Assembly: GCA_026914245.1 (NCBI GenBank)
Contig: CP110440.1
Coordinates: forward strand, 3,038,001 to 3,102,000
DNA: 64,000 bases
From: Puccinia triticina
Taxonomy: Eukaryota
Direction of reading: 5' to 3'
A model generated the notes under the pieces. The model was not told where the DNA came from, ran no database searches, and saw only the letters and a list, made by a program, of their open reading frames with translations. The position numbers and the translations under genes were made by a program. Shown piece by piece: positions 25,927 through 38,021 of this stretch; position 1 is the first letter of the stretch; each line of letters begins with the position of its first letter.

Positions 25927-27790
25927 TGTTATCAAGGTACGGAAACTGCACGGTACAGTCCGGCGGCAGTCAGCTCTCCACGTGTTGATCCCGGGTATCC
26001 AATCTCAGTTGTATTGCTAAACAAGGTTGACTAACCTGCATGGTACAGTCCGGCGGCGGTCAGCTCTCCACGTGTCAATCCCGGGTATCCAATCTTGGTG
26101 AGGAAAGAGAGAAGATCCCGGGCGTGCAAGAGCTGAACTGTACGTGCCCGGAAGTGACAGGGTTAGGGTTTGGTCCTGTCACTGACAGAGGCTAAACAAC
26201 TATGTACATGTGTAAGTACATAGTTAACCGTCAAGGTTTGCAAAAGTGTGTCCTGAACTCTAACACCCCCTCCCACGCATGCAAACTCTAATTGACCAAC
26301 CCAAGCTTTATCCCCGCCTCCACCATTTTTGTCGCACCAAGATGTTTTGTTAACACGTCCGCCACTTGATTTACCGTGCTATTCCATTCAAGTTTGATCC
26401 CATTCGCCCACACCAATTCATTTACAAAGTAAAATGCCCTTTGTAAATTTGGTTTTCTTCTTTGACGCGTTATCCGTTGCAATTAAGATTGCGGCTTCAT
26501 TATCAACATGTATTGGGATTTGAGAATATGGCTTGATGTCATCAAGTATGTTCATGATGTGCGCCAATCGCTGAGAACCTTCAGATAGCACCAAATATTC
26601 TGCCGCACATGTTGAAAGTGCCACCACTGTTTGTATTCTTGAGCCCCATGCTATCACATTGCCGCAATAAGTCATCACATATCCCATAGTTGATTGTTCA
26701 TGTTCCCTGCCCCAGTTCACATCCGTCCACAGTTGCAAGCCATAATAGCCTTTCAACCTATTAAGCAATTTATTTCCCCTTCAGCGGATATTTCACCAAA
26801 TTATATTTAGTGTCCCACACGAGTCCTACAACGCTTCTAGCCAAATTGAGTTGAAACACACAATCTCAATTTCTTCCCAAGACTCGGGTGTACTGAGAGA
26901 ATTCTCTCATTCTGCTAGACATCCTAAAGGAGTATTTGACTTTTTTTAAATGTTTTTAATACAGCTAATACAACTCCTTGAAACAAGTCAGAATGGACAT
27001 GCAGGATACTCAAGCCAAGCTGCCATTGTAACTCCACCTGAATGCACAAGAGTCTTTGTTGGCACAGTCACTGTGCAAGGTGCACAGTGACTGTGCATTA
27101 AAGCTTGGGTTGAGTCAAACCTTGAGTAAGGCTGGTGTAACACCACAAGCTTCCTCAGAGTTACCACATGTCAACTGCTCACAGTTGACACAGTTTTTTT
27201 TGCAGTGTAACACAGTCCAATTTTTCTCACTAGGATTTGTGCTGAAGCGCACCAGCAAGTTCACAGGGAATGATAGATCCGGTTGCATCCCACTAGACAG
27301 GTACATCAAAGAACCAAAGACTGATTGATAGTCAGTGGCATTAACTGGTACACCAGAGTGAGTCTCGAGACTATCTTTACTAAGCGCCATTGTCCAAGGG
27401 TAGGTTTTCTGTTGGTACTTTTTCCACAATCTTCTTTGCCATCAGAGTTTGGTCCAGGAAGATCCCATTGCGCTGTTGCTCAAAATTTATGCCAACAAGT
27501 TGCTCAACTTTGTCAGACCACTTGATTTCTAGGTCCTTCATCATTCCATTGCGCAATTGGTGTAATAAGGAGATGTCCAAAGCAACCGCAAAACCATTGT
27601 CAACATGCAACCAAATGATCACAAAACCGGCACCTTTCCGGAAAAGGTAGAGTGATGGTTCAATTTCACTGGCCACAAAACCTAACTTCCCAACTGTCTG
27701 CTTGAAGTATTTCCACCAACACCTGGCCACTTGCTTCATCCCATACAGCGCCTTCTTCAACTTCATGACCTTTCCTTTCAGATGCAGAAA
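25927..27790 (-). mobile_element. Ty1/Copia remnant: RT, RNase H, PPT and 3' LTR
   Basis: LKKALYGMKQ, WLHVDNG, VVALSTCAAEY, VDNEAA and QVADVLTK motifs. PPT GGGAGGGGG, then LTR TGTTA...TAACA (26265-25927). About 0.4 kb of foreign sequence near 26840-27207. Confidence 0.9.
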
Positions 27791-28151
27791 GATTTTGACA
27801 GGAGGTTGGTCAAAAAAATCTTCTTCTATTGGACTGTAGCAATATGCAGAGCTAACGTTGAAGGTGGCACACTACAAACATTGATGAATTTAGGAAGGCA
27901 TATATTGATCAAATTATATTGATCAATTCTTTTTTTTTTGAAATTTATCTTCATTTTTTTTCTTCCTGCAACATCATAGCCCTTCTGTCATCTCTCTCTC
28001 TCTTTATTTACCCCTGTCTTAGTTTCAACCACAGTAAAAGCTTCATTTTGTTATAACCAGATCCAATTGGTAATTTTTACATACTCCAATGAATTCTTTG
28101 TGAGCAAACATAGTCTGTTAAGTCAGCCAGGAAGAGGGGGTAAGGGGGGGA

Positions 28152-28194
<43 letters not shown>

Positions 28195-30021
28195 TTGGGA
28201 GAGTCATCAATTATTTTTCCTTTAAACTTGCAGAGTTGAAACCTACTTTCCAGAAAAAAAAATCAGTTTCAAGATATCACCCTGAGCTACACCCATTTTG
28301 TTCAAATTTAATGGCTTATTTATATGACTCATCATATCTAATATCCTATATTTCTTTGTGGCCTGAGATTGATTTTGTAATAACATTTGTACCAGATTGG
28401 ATTAAGTTGTCTTTTGTTTGTCTTTTCACCAGGGGAGAAAGTGTGGCACTCTCTGGAGAGTGCCAGACCATAAATTCTTTCAGTAACCCTGGTGAATATC
28501 AAGCATGTAAACATGCGCAACACATAAGCAACTCAAGCATGTGTCAATGTGATGTTATGTTCAACTCAGGCTAATATCATCTGCAATCTAACCTCATGGC
28601 AATTTCCATATCTTCACCTGACCCAAGGATCAACTCCAGTGTGACGCAACTTGAGCCCCTTTTGTGGGTGTTTCAGCTGAGGATCCTGCAAGTCATGTGT
28701 CCATCAGAGAAGGTCAATCTGGTTCAACTTCACTGTGACCAAGGAGCCTCAACAGATGAATCCAGAAGTGCATCATACCTGCAGATGCGCACATCTTGGT
28801 TCAGGTTATCATTTTGAGGTGGTACAATCCAGCTATTCTGTCAGATAAACCTGAGGTGGGAGGGGGTGACAGAAACCTCATCTCTTTTCTGCATGGCATG
28901 TTGCAACATGCTGTCCAGGCAAAAATGTTTTCAATTGTGATGTAATTAGCAGAGTTTTTTTTCAAATCACCTGACCAGTTGAAACCCATGATTGCCCAAG
29001 CTCCACTGTATCTCAGTCAATCATCACCAGATGAAGAGTGGCTCAGGTATCCAGTCCTATAAATCATATATCATCCCATAATGAATGCTGTGTAGGCAGA
29101 CATGGGAATCTTTCTGCCTGCACATGTGGTGTTTGTTTTATCACTGCTTTGAGGATGCTGGGAGGTTGATTTTTTTCACCACATTGATAAATGTCCAGTA
29201 ACACTGCTCCTGGCAATGCCTCTTGTCTCTGAGGTTACTGGTGTTAATTTGTTGGATTTTTGATAGTGTGCCTGCCTGCATCATTTGAAATATAGCAAAC
29301 AAATACCACCCCCTGGTCCTTGTCCTCAAGCTATTGAAAGTTGCTTTGTGTTCCTCAGCTAACTGCTTGCTTGTGCTGCACCTAGAAAAACCGCATTGGT
29401 TTGTTCAATGTGCAGGTGCCATGCCAGAGGCACATGGAAAAGAGTGATTCACAATGATTGGTATTTAGTGACTGCCTAACAGCAGGCATCTAGCCATATC
29501 TCACTGTCTTGGATGTCTCAACTTCTGTTGGAGTGGGGGGGGGGGGGGGGCTGTTGTGGCAAATCCTTTGAGACCTCCAGGCTGAGCCAGAGCGGCTGGC
29601 TGGCCATATAAGGAAATCATGATCCAGGTCAGCCAGGGATTGGGCTTTCTTGCACAAACCTCAGTCTCTTGTCTCTCTTGACAGAAGCAACGTTGGGTTG
29701 CGTGCTTGGGGTGTTGAACCAAGGGTTAGTCACTTCGCCTGTTGCCCCTAACCTAAGCTTGCGCATTTGCCTGATTTAAATGTCACCATGTGCTGCCAGC
29801 AAGCTAAAGATGTAGTCTGCTGGCCAGTTAGGGCTGAAGGTGCAAAAGCAAGGTTGCACGTAGTCCAACACTGTAATTTTCATGCATTGTGTTCACATTG
29901 ACTTATTTTGATTTCAGGTGAAGAACATGACCAAGAGGCTACATGGATGGGAATTCTATAGCCCATTTGGGGAAAAGAAGTGCTGCGCCCGTTTGATGTT
30001 TCCTTCCTCATAGCCTAGACT

Positions 30022-31988
30022 TGTCAGCCTTAGAGATACATCAAGTATCCAAAAGACTGCAATAACTTAGTAAATAATAATTATTATTAAATTATTATTG
30101 CAGAATCAGATTCTTCATCATAAATTAAGGGGGGTCACCCACTTAAAGTACCCCCTTATTCCTATTCCTTCATGTACTAATTGTATAAATAAGAATTGGC
30201 CCCAGAAAGCGCCCAAAAATAATATTACATACATAAATTTAGTAAAACAAACAATGTACACAAAATTAAACTGTTGTACATTAATGAGTAATATCACTCG
30301 TGTAAAAATACCCCGTGAAAGTATTATGTAGACTTCTACTGAAGCTCTTTCACATGACAATTGGTTATAAACATGTCATGTGACAGAGTCAGGGAAATTA
30401 GTCTATTACAATACAATTAAATTACCCACAGCCAAGCCCTTTTCACGGCTACACCCCTGGATACTCCCATAGGGAGAAAAGGACTCAGTGTTTACACCCA
30501 CTGAAGTCCCCTCTATAAATAGAGGCCTATTTGGCCCTCAGGAAAAGATCCCCCAGACCATTCACCGCCCATAAACTGTAAGTTTGCCGTGAATATTCTC
30601 CTCTGCTACTACTGTAGCCCTTTTTTTCCTTTAAACCATCCCCAGCACATAAAATCCACTGGATTAAACCTTTAAATATCAAAAATCCCTTATTAGCATA
30701 TTTACAAGCTTTATCCTTAAAAGTAGTTGCTGTAAGATCTCCGCCTCTGACAAGCAGCCAATCAGCTTAAGCGCTTACCACCTACTTTTTACGCCAAATT
30801 TATTCCCTGTAATTAATAATTATATATTATTAATTACATAATAAATCCTCCTCTTTTTAAAAGAGTGTTTAAAAACCCTTTTAGTGGCTAAATTACCACG
30901 TAACAAGCTTAGTAATTTACATTACTAGTGTTTACATCAGCACAGTTATAGTGCTAGGGCCCAAAACCCTCAATTTTGACGGGTTGTTGCCCTAAGCTTC
31001 ATAAACAGTGTCAGCCTTAGAGTCATCACAGCTGACCTAAAAGCTGCCTGTTCTACCTTTGTTACATATAAATTACTTTGTATCCTTTTCATCTTAAGAG
31101 ATAACCTTGCTTTGACTTCATATTCTGTTTCCTCAAGTAATTTTAAACCTAGTTACAACTTACCAACTCTTTGTAACTATACTCCTTCCCTGAGTTATTG
31201 AGTTGTGGCGCGCATGCGCAGTTGTGACGTGTCAGCGCTACCAGGCGCGCCAAACCACATGTACATATGTAAATTACATAAGCAAACTGTGAAAATTTTT
31301 GTAGTCAGGATCCCCCTTGCCTGAGGCGGATCCACAGACTTCAGCACACCAGAACCACACCCCAGAGAACCCCAGGATCACCACCAAAGAGATTACTACA
31401 CTCCCAGTATACCTACCGTCACAGGCGCCTAGGATATTGACAGTAAGTACCTCTTTCACTGAACCTTGTTTATCTCAGAGGTACAACTCTGTGTCTTGCT
31501 TGATCTTCTCTGTCTGCTGGTTTTGTCTTCTTCTTGATCACAGGGCTGTCCCTCCAAATCTACTGGCCTTTGCCTCAATCTTGATCACAGGGCTGTCCCT
31601 TATTATCATTTGGCCTTTGCCTCAAAATCTAGGTTCAGGGCTGTCCCTCAGGTTTCCCTTTAAGAACCTTGACTATCCAGAAGGAAGCTAAAAAATTGTG
31701 GCTGGATTAAACTTATCTAATCCAGATACCCTCCTGAGAGGAAGCTGTGGCACTTTTTAGCACAGATTAGCAGCACTCTTCTGAAGAGTAGCATTGCCAG
31801 TGGACGTGCATTCCCACTAGAATAACCTAGTACTTCTCTTCATCTTGAACCTGCTCTGTTTTCTCTTTTCTCTTTCTCTCTCTCTCTTATAGTTGTATTT
31901 TCTTTATCCCAAGAAATCCAACTATTGCCCCCCATTTCTTGTGTTCTGCTGTCACTATAGAGACTCAGGCTCACAAACAGAGCTGTCA
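30022..31988. repeat. Solo LTR (~1 kb once the nested LTR is removed)
   Basis: TGTCAG...CTGTCA termini, perfect TSD AGACT (30017-21 / 31989-93), CTATAAATA near 30513. Confidence 0.85.
31009..31975 (+). repeat. Solo LTR of the tRNA-Pro Gypsy family
   Basis: TGTCAGCCTTAGAGTC...GGCTCACA with perfect TSD AACAG. Homologous to the LTRs at 34493, 38625 and 49626. Confidence 0.92.
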
Positions 31989-33740
31989 AGACTTCCTTCC
32001 TAGATATCCTTGCGGTGCCCCCACTTCTTCCTCTGTTGTCTGATGTTTGCAGGTTGCCAGTCGTGGGCATGGAGGTTGAAACACTTCTTTGGATTGTGTC
32101 TTAATCCGTAGGCACTCTTCTCAGACCAATCCAGCTTGAAAGCACGCTCATCCTGCAAGAAACACATCTAGTTGGAAATTGAAAATTGATATACATTCTT
32201 TGTCAGGCTTAAGCACTTACCCCCACCAAAAGCAAACAACCACCCAAATGATTGGACGCTTGCAATGCAACACCACAGAACTTAACAGAATCTCCGCATT
32301 GAAGGTTTTGCAAATCCTTGTGGCCTTGTGCATGTGTTGCAGCAAGCTTGATATGGCCTGGCTTGGACTACAGATTTGCATGTCAGTTCACCAACATCTC
32401 ACCAATGCAAGAGGACAGTATGGTAACGTGGACCCATTTGGTGTCTTGTAGTGGTGAAAAAATCTGACCAAATTCATCCCTTGATTGACTACTTCAATAT
32501 TCCCAACGCAGCCAACAATTGGGTTCATGTGGACCTTGAAAATGTAAGCCGTACCAAACGCATGAATGTTCTCAAATTTGTGGGCAAGAGGAAAATGTCC
32601 CTGGTGAACCTGCCACTTGGATTGGTCCACAAGAATGACCGGGTGTATGGAATCAGGTTGAACAATCAGTTGGCCGGTAAACATGATCTGGGAGCAGAAA
32701 TCATGAAGGATTGCGGGAACAAAGTCTGATGACGACTTCAAGACAACTCCAAATTGCAATTGGAATGATTCCGGTCCTCTGACCATACCGGAAGCATTCC
32801 AATTGGTTTTTGGTCCTTTGACCATACCGGAATGATTCCAATTGGTTTTTGGGTTTTTGTACCATCCAGTAAATTTTCTGGATGGAAACTTTGAATCTTC
32901 ACCCGTGGTGTAGGTGGCCAGAGCTGTTCAAATGTCACTTGCTGAAAAGGGAACATTGTTTTTTCCTGGTGTAAAAGATAAGGAAAAAAAAATCCAGAAA
33001 ATCAAACAAAATACACGAGCGGAATATGGCCACCTACCTGATTGTCTGAGTTTCCTGGAATGGAAATAGAATGGAGTACACTTTGAAATATTAAGATAAC
33101 ATCTAAGCCTCTACACTGAGGGGGTAGAATTTCACATTTATGGCTTGCTGCTTTGCTTTATTGTTATGTGCTTGTTTTTATAGTCAGAGAGGGTTTTGGG
33201 AATGTTGGATGACAAACTCAGACTTTCAGGCAGATGAAAACAGTTGCCCAAATGCTCCAGAAGATCCAAAGGATAGCCAAGATGTACAGTTGAGAGAAAA
33301 AAAAAACTGAGATAGACCCGGGACAATTACTCTCTAAACTGAGATACCCACGAACAATGATGATAAAAGGATGAAGATAATGCAGGTCAATTAAATTTTA
33401 CTCAAAGCTACCGTGTGAATAGAGAGGAATTATGACAATCCGGTATGGCAAGATTTACAGGCTCATAACCTGATGTGACCAAGAGAGAGAGAATGACAAT
33501 GCAAGTGGGAAAACAGACTCTGCAGTCTGTTTTCCAGTCTAAATATGGTCTTGAGGGCAGGCACTGCATGAAGTAACTCGTTGGACAAGCAAGTCTGATG
33601 AGTGATCAGACCAACTTGGTCTGACGAGTTCAGCAGCCCGGCGGTGCCAAACTGCAGAACTCGTTGTGCAATTCCAGTCCGAGCACTCAGTGGCCAGGCA
33701 TGTCTGATGAATTAAATAATGCAGTGAGGGAGAGTGTCAC

Positions 33741-34492
33741 TAGGGATGGCAATCCGGCGGGCCCAAACCCGGCCGGGTTTGGGCTGGCATTTTGGGGAAT
33801 TTTCAAAAGTTGACCCGGCCCGCCAGACCCGCAGCAGAAATTGGGCGGGTCCGGGTAGCCCAACAGGCGCCCCCCGTATCCCCGCCCACCGGGATCCCCT
33901 GGAGCAGATATGCTATATACTAGCAAGTCAGTCCGATTGGCCAAATATCTGACTTTGTGCAACAGCCAACAACCATGGAGACTCTGACTATGGCGCGGCA
34001 AACCTCTCAGAACAAGGACGACATCAAGTTTCCTCCTAGTACCAACCTGGAAAGAAATGATGAAACACTCAAGCCTTGGACTCCAGCGCCTAGCAAATCC
34101 CAAGACAATAGTCCAACCAAGCAGCGCAAACTTACCAGCGGGGTTTGGGATCATTTCACCAAGATTGTTGGGGAGTGATTATGCATTTCTTAATTCCCAA
34201 TAGCCTTCAGGTTTTTTATTTTGTTTGAATGTTTGAATGTTGCTTGCTGTAGAATCCAATGGCAAAGAGAAGGCTGAGTGTAATTACTGCCAAACTGGCT
34301 GCTCCTCTGCGGGAACAAAACACCTTTTGCAACATTCAAACCAATGCACAACCAAGAAGGGTGGATTGATCCATCCCAAGCAAGGCCGCTTGAATTTTCC
34401 CTTGACTTCATCGACTCAGGCCACCCGCGGTGTGTGGATTTATAACCAAGATTGATCGCAAGCACAGCTCGCTGAAATGATTATTCTCCATG
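33741..34492 (+). mobile_element. 5' end of a hAT DNA transposon with BED-finger transposase N-terminus
   Basis: Terminus TAGGGATGGCAA and a GC-rich subterminal region. RKLTSGVWDHF [intron] KAECNYC..GTKHLLQH..C ... LAEMIILH, cut by the LTR at 34493. Confidence 0.8.
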
Positions 34493-35428
34493 TGTCAGCC
34501 TTAGAGTCAACTCAGCTGACCTAAAGTCTGCCTTTTTCTACTTTTTACATATGAATCACTTGATATCTTTTTCATCTTAAGATATAACCTTGTTTTGACT
34601 TCATATTCTTTTTACTCATGCAATTTTAACCCTAGTTAAAACTTACCAATTTTTTCTAACTATACTCCTTCCCTGAGTTATTGAGTTGTAGCGCGCATGC
34701 GCAGTTGTCATGTGTCAGCGCTACCAGGTGCACCAAACCACATGTACATATGTAAATAACATAATCAAACTGTGAAGTTTCTCCTAGTCAGGATCCCCCT
34801 TGCCTGAGGCGGATCTAAAAGCTTCAGCACACCAGAACCACACCCCAGATAACCCCAGGATCACCACCAAAGAGTTTACAACACTCCCAGTATACCTACT
34901 GTCACAGGCGCCTAGGATATTGACGGTAAGTAACCTCTTTCACTGAGCCTTTTTTATCCCAGAGGCACAACTCTGTGTCTGTTTGATCTGCTCTTCTTTG
35001 CTGGCCTTTGCCTCATTCTTGGTCACAGGGCTGTCCCTGCTTAACAGTATTCTTTTTCTGTGGTTTTTGCAAGAAACAAACCACATAGGTTTCCCTTTAA
35101 AGAACCTTGACTATCCAGAAGGAAGCTAAAAAATTGTGGCTGGATTATACTTGTCTAATCCAGAAGCCCTCCACGTTTCTTTGGTGAGAGGAGGCTGTAG
35201 CACTCTCTAGCACAGCTTGGCAGCACTCTTCTGAAGAGTTAGCATTGCCAGTGGACATGCATTCCCACCAGAATAAACTTGAATATCTGCTTATCTTGAA
35301 TGTGCTCAGTTTCTCTCTCTCTTTCTCTCTCTCTCTTATATTTGTATTTTCTTTATCCAAAGAAAACCAAATATTCCCCCCATTCTTTCTTGTGTCCTGC
35401 TGTCACTATAGAGACTCAGGCTCACAAT

Positions 35429-35446
35429 TGGGGGCCTCATTGGGAA
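35429..35446 (+). promoter_or_regulatory. Primer-binding site, probably tRNA-Pro
   Basis: TGGGGGCCTCATTGGGAA lies 2 nt after the LTR CA; the second copy at 51284 reads TGGGGGCCTCATCGGGAA. Resembles the tRNA-Pro PBS TGGGGGC. Confidence 0.7.
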
Positions 35447-38021
35447 ATTTACTCATCCTTTTCATAATTCTAGAATGCTTAAAGCCAAAGGACTGATCAT
35501 CCTGATTAAATCAAACAAAAATTCTTAAAAATTCAAAAAAATCACTTTCCTGGGTACTTGTGAGAGTGCAGAATTGCGACTCCTCTGCGCAACTATTTAT
35601 CCCTTCATCGGACTTATCCTCTCTAGAACCCTCTATATCTTTGGATCAAGAAGAGATAGAGAAAAACGGCTCTCAAAACATTCTCCTCCTTCTTAACTAC
35701 AATTACCGCAATTGACCGTAAAAGAATTCTTGACGGTGCAGACTAGCGCAGACAAAGAAAACTACGACAACAGAATAGTAGCAGATCCGTGTAACGGCAA
35801 CTTGATCAGTAGTACCTTGTGGACCCCCATAGCTACAGCAAAAGCTCTGAAAACTCGCCGTAGAAAAACTATAGCTCCCGTCAAGATATCTGACTGGACC
35901 TCTGAACCATCTGCAAAGTCCAGCGCAAAAGATTCCAAGAAGAAATCCTCCTCTACTACACGCAAAAGTAAAAGGATTTCCGCCAAATCCCAACCTACAG
36001 GTACTCAAACTCTCCCTCATCCCATTTTCTCCAACAAAACCTAAAACATTATGCCTCCTCACCTCAGGAATGGCTGAAAACTCTCCACAGAACAACAGCT
36101 CCGCTACCAACTCAGCCCTGCAGCAGAAGAGCGGCTTCAAAGAGCTAGAGTCGGCGCTACCACTGTTGGGAGAGGATTTCCTCAATTTCCCTCAAGAGTT
36201 GCCCCCAGATACCGGAATACTGCCGGCACTGTACAATCCAAGAGAGACGTCCCTGGCCCTCACATCCAACAGGTCAACGCCAGTGCCGCGCCCGGTAGAG
36301 AGAGAGCCAATGATATCAGCAGGCACTCCGATGAACTCCCTGCCTACCAACCCAGAGGGTTCACGACCGGACGCGCCGCCGAATCTAGCCCTGCTTCCGC
36401 CCATTCAGAAGCCTCATCCAACCGATTCTTCAGGCCCAATGGAGCTCATACAAGAGGATCCGGAGATCTCAGGACTAGTGAACCTTTTCAACAATCAGTT
36501 CAATCTTTTCGTCCGCGCATGGGAGGCGCAGAACCTGAGGAATATGAAAATGATCCTAACCCAGGCGGCCACAACCCAGGACATGATAGAAGACCTAGTT
36601 GGGGGAGAGGAAACTATCCGTCTCTGCCAAGACTGGATTCCCAGGATGGAATTGAACGACGTGGAGCGCCTCATCTACAATCAAGGCAACAACAAATAGC
36701 CTCAGATTACGGCCGCTCCTTCTTTGCAGAACAACCCATCCCCAGCTATGATCCCGCACTGTAACCACCAGCCCATGATAGCTACGCCAACCCCAGAGCC
36801 CACAAATTTCCAGCACAGGACTCAAGAGGCTGGGTACCAGTGTCCTACCCTTCAATCCAATCCAGGAACTCAAGCGCCGCCGCCACAACAACAACAACCA
36901 CTGCGCCCAGAGGCTCCAGCTTACTGCAGCCGCCACCCCCACACCCTCCACTGCAACAGCAACTCCAAGTGAGACCTCCGCCAGCTTCTATACCGCGAGA
37001 GGTGGTTCAGTTATTCCGCCCCAACACGCTGAGGAACTCCGTCCAGTGCTAAGCCAGCGGCAGTTGGGGGAGGAGAATGGAAAAGAAAAGAGAACTAAGA
37101 TGTATAAGCCCTCCGGGGTGATTGGCCGTGATTGAGCGCGGTGAGTTGTGTAAGCGTGGGGGGATGATTTTCTGACGGCTGGAGTGGCGCGTCAGCAATT
37201 TTTGTTTGAGAGAGAGAGAGAGGGCCAGGGATACTGCCGGTGGGGTTGTGATCTAAATCAGATAGTTGGAGGATATTGGTGTTGCGGGGAAAAATGAACC
37301 TTAAAGACGTTGGAGTACTGGTGTAACTATGCCAGGAAAAATAACCTTTTGATTGATGGATCACTAAAATTTTGGTTCAGAGTGGGTCCATGCCGCTCCA
37401 AAGCCTGAGTTCAAACTGAACTCAAACCTTGGAGTTTGTGACATCTCACAGACATCTCATCACAACCTAGCGCGCACACGCGCGCAACAACAAACAAAAC
37501 AGCAGGAACAAAACAAAACAAAACCATAACCAACCCTTCTCATCCAAAACCTAACCAAGAAGCGCATAAAAGAAAAGAAAATAACAAACATGATGAAAAA
37601 GAAACTGACATGAGAAAAAAAAAACATAAAAAAAAAATGGAAACAAGAGAAAAGAAGAAAAAGAAAACCTGAAACGCCTTGAGGTGAGGATGCACGCCAT
37701 GCCGCGTCATTGAAACTGAGAAAGCCTTGAATTTTGAGAGCTTAAGGCCTTGATGTCTTGAACCTTGACGTCCGCTGGCGCGCGCCATGCGCGTAAATCT
37801 TGATCCCCTACGCGTGTACCAGTTTGTCCACCACATCCACCCACAACTTGCAGTCTGTCCCTAGACTGCTTGTCCAGTACCTTCCCCACAGGAAATCCAA
37901 GCCCTAATAAAAGAAAGAGAAGCAAACCAATTGCGTCCGCGGTGCTCACGAGCGTGGCATAGAGTAGAGTTTCAAAAGTTGCAGTAGTAACTACCCAGGA
38001 GATGCATACTTGGAGGGGAAC

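Noticed and set aside
27800..30016. Decayed gene or transposase-like region (also 31994-33730)
   Set aside because: Only short fragmented ORFs, with no recognisable motifs or termini.
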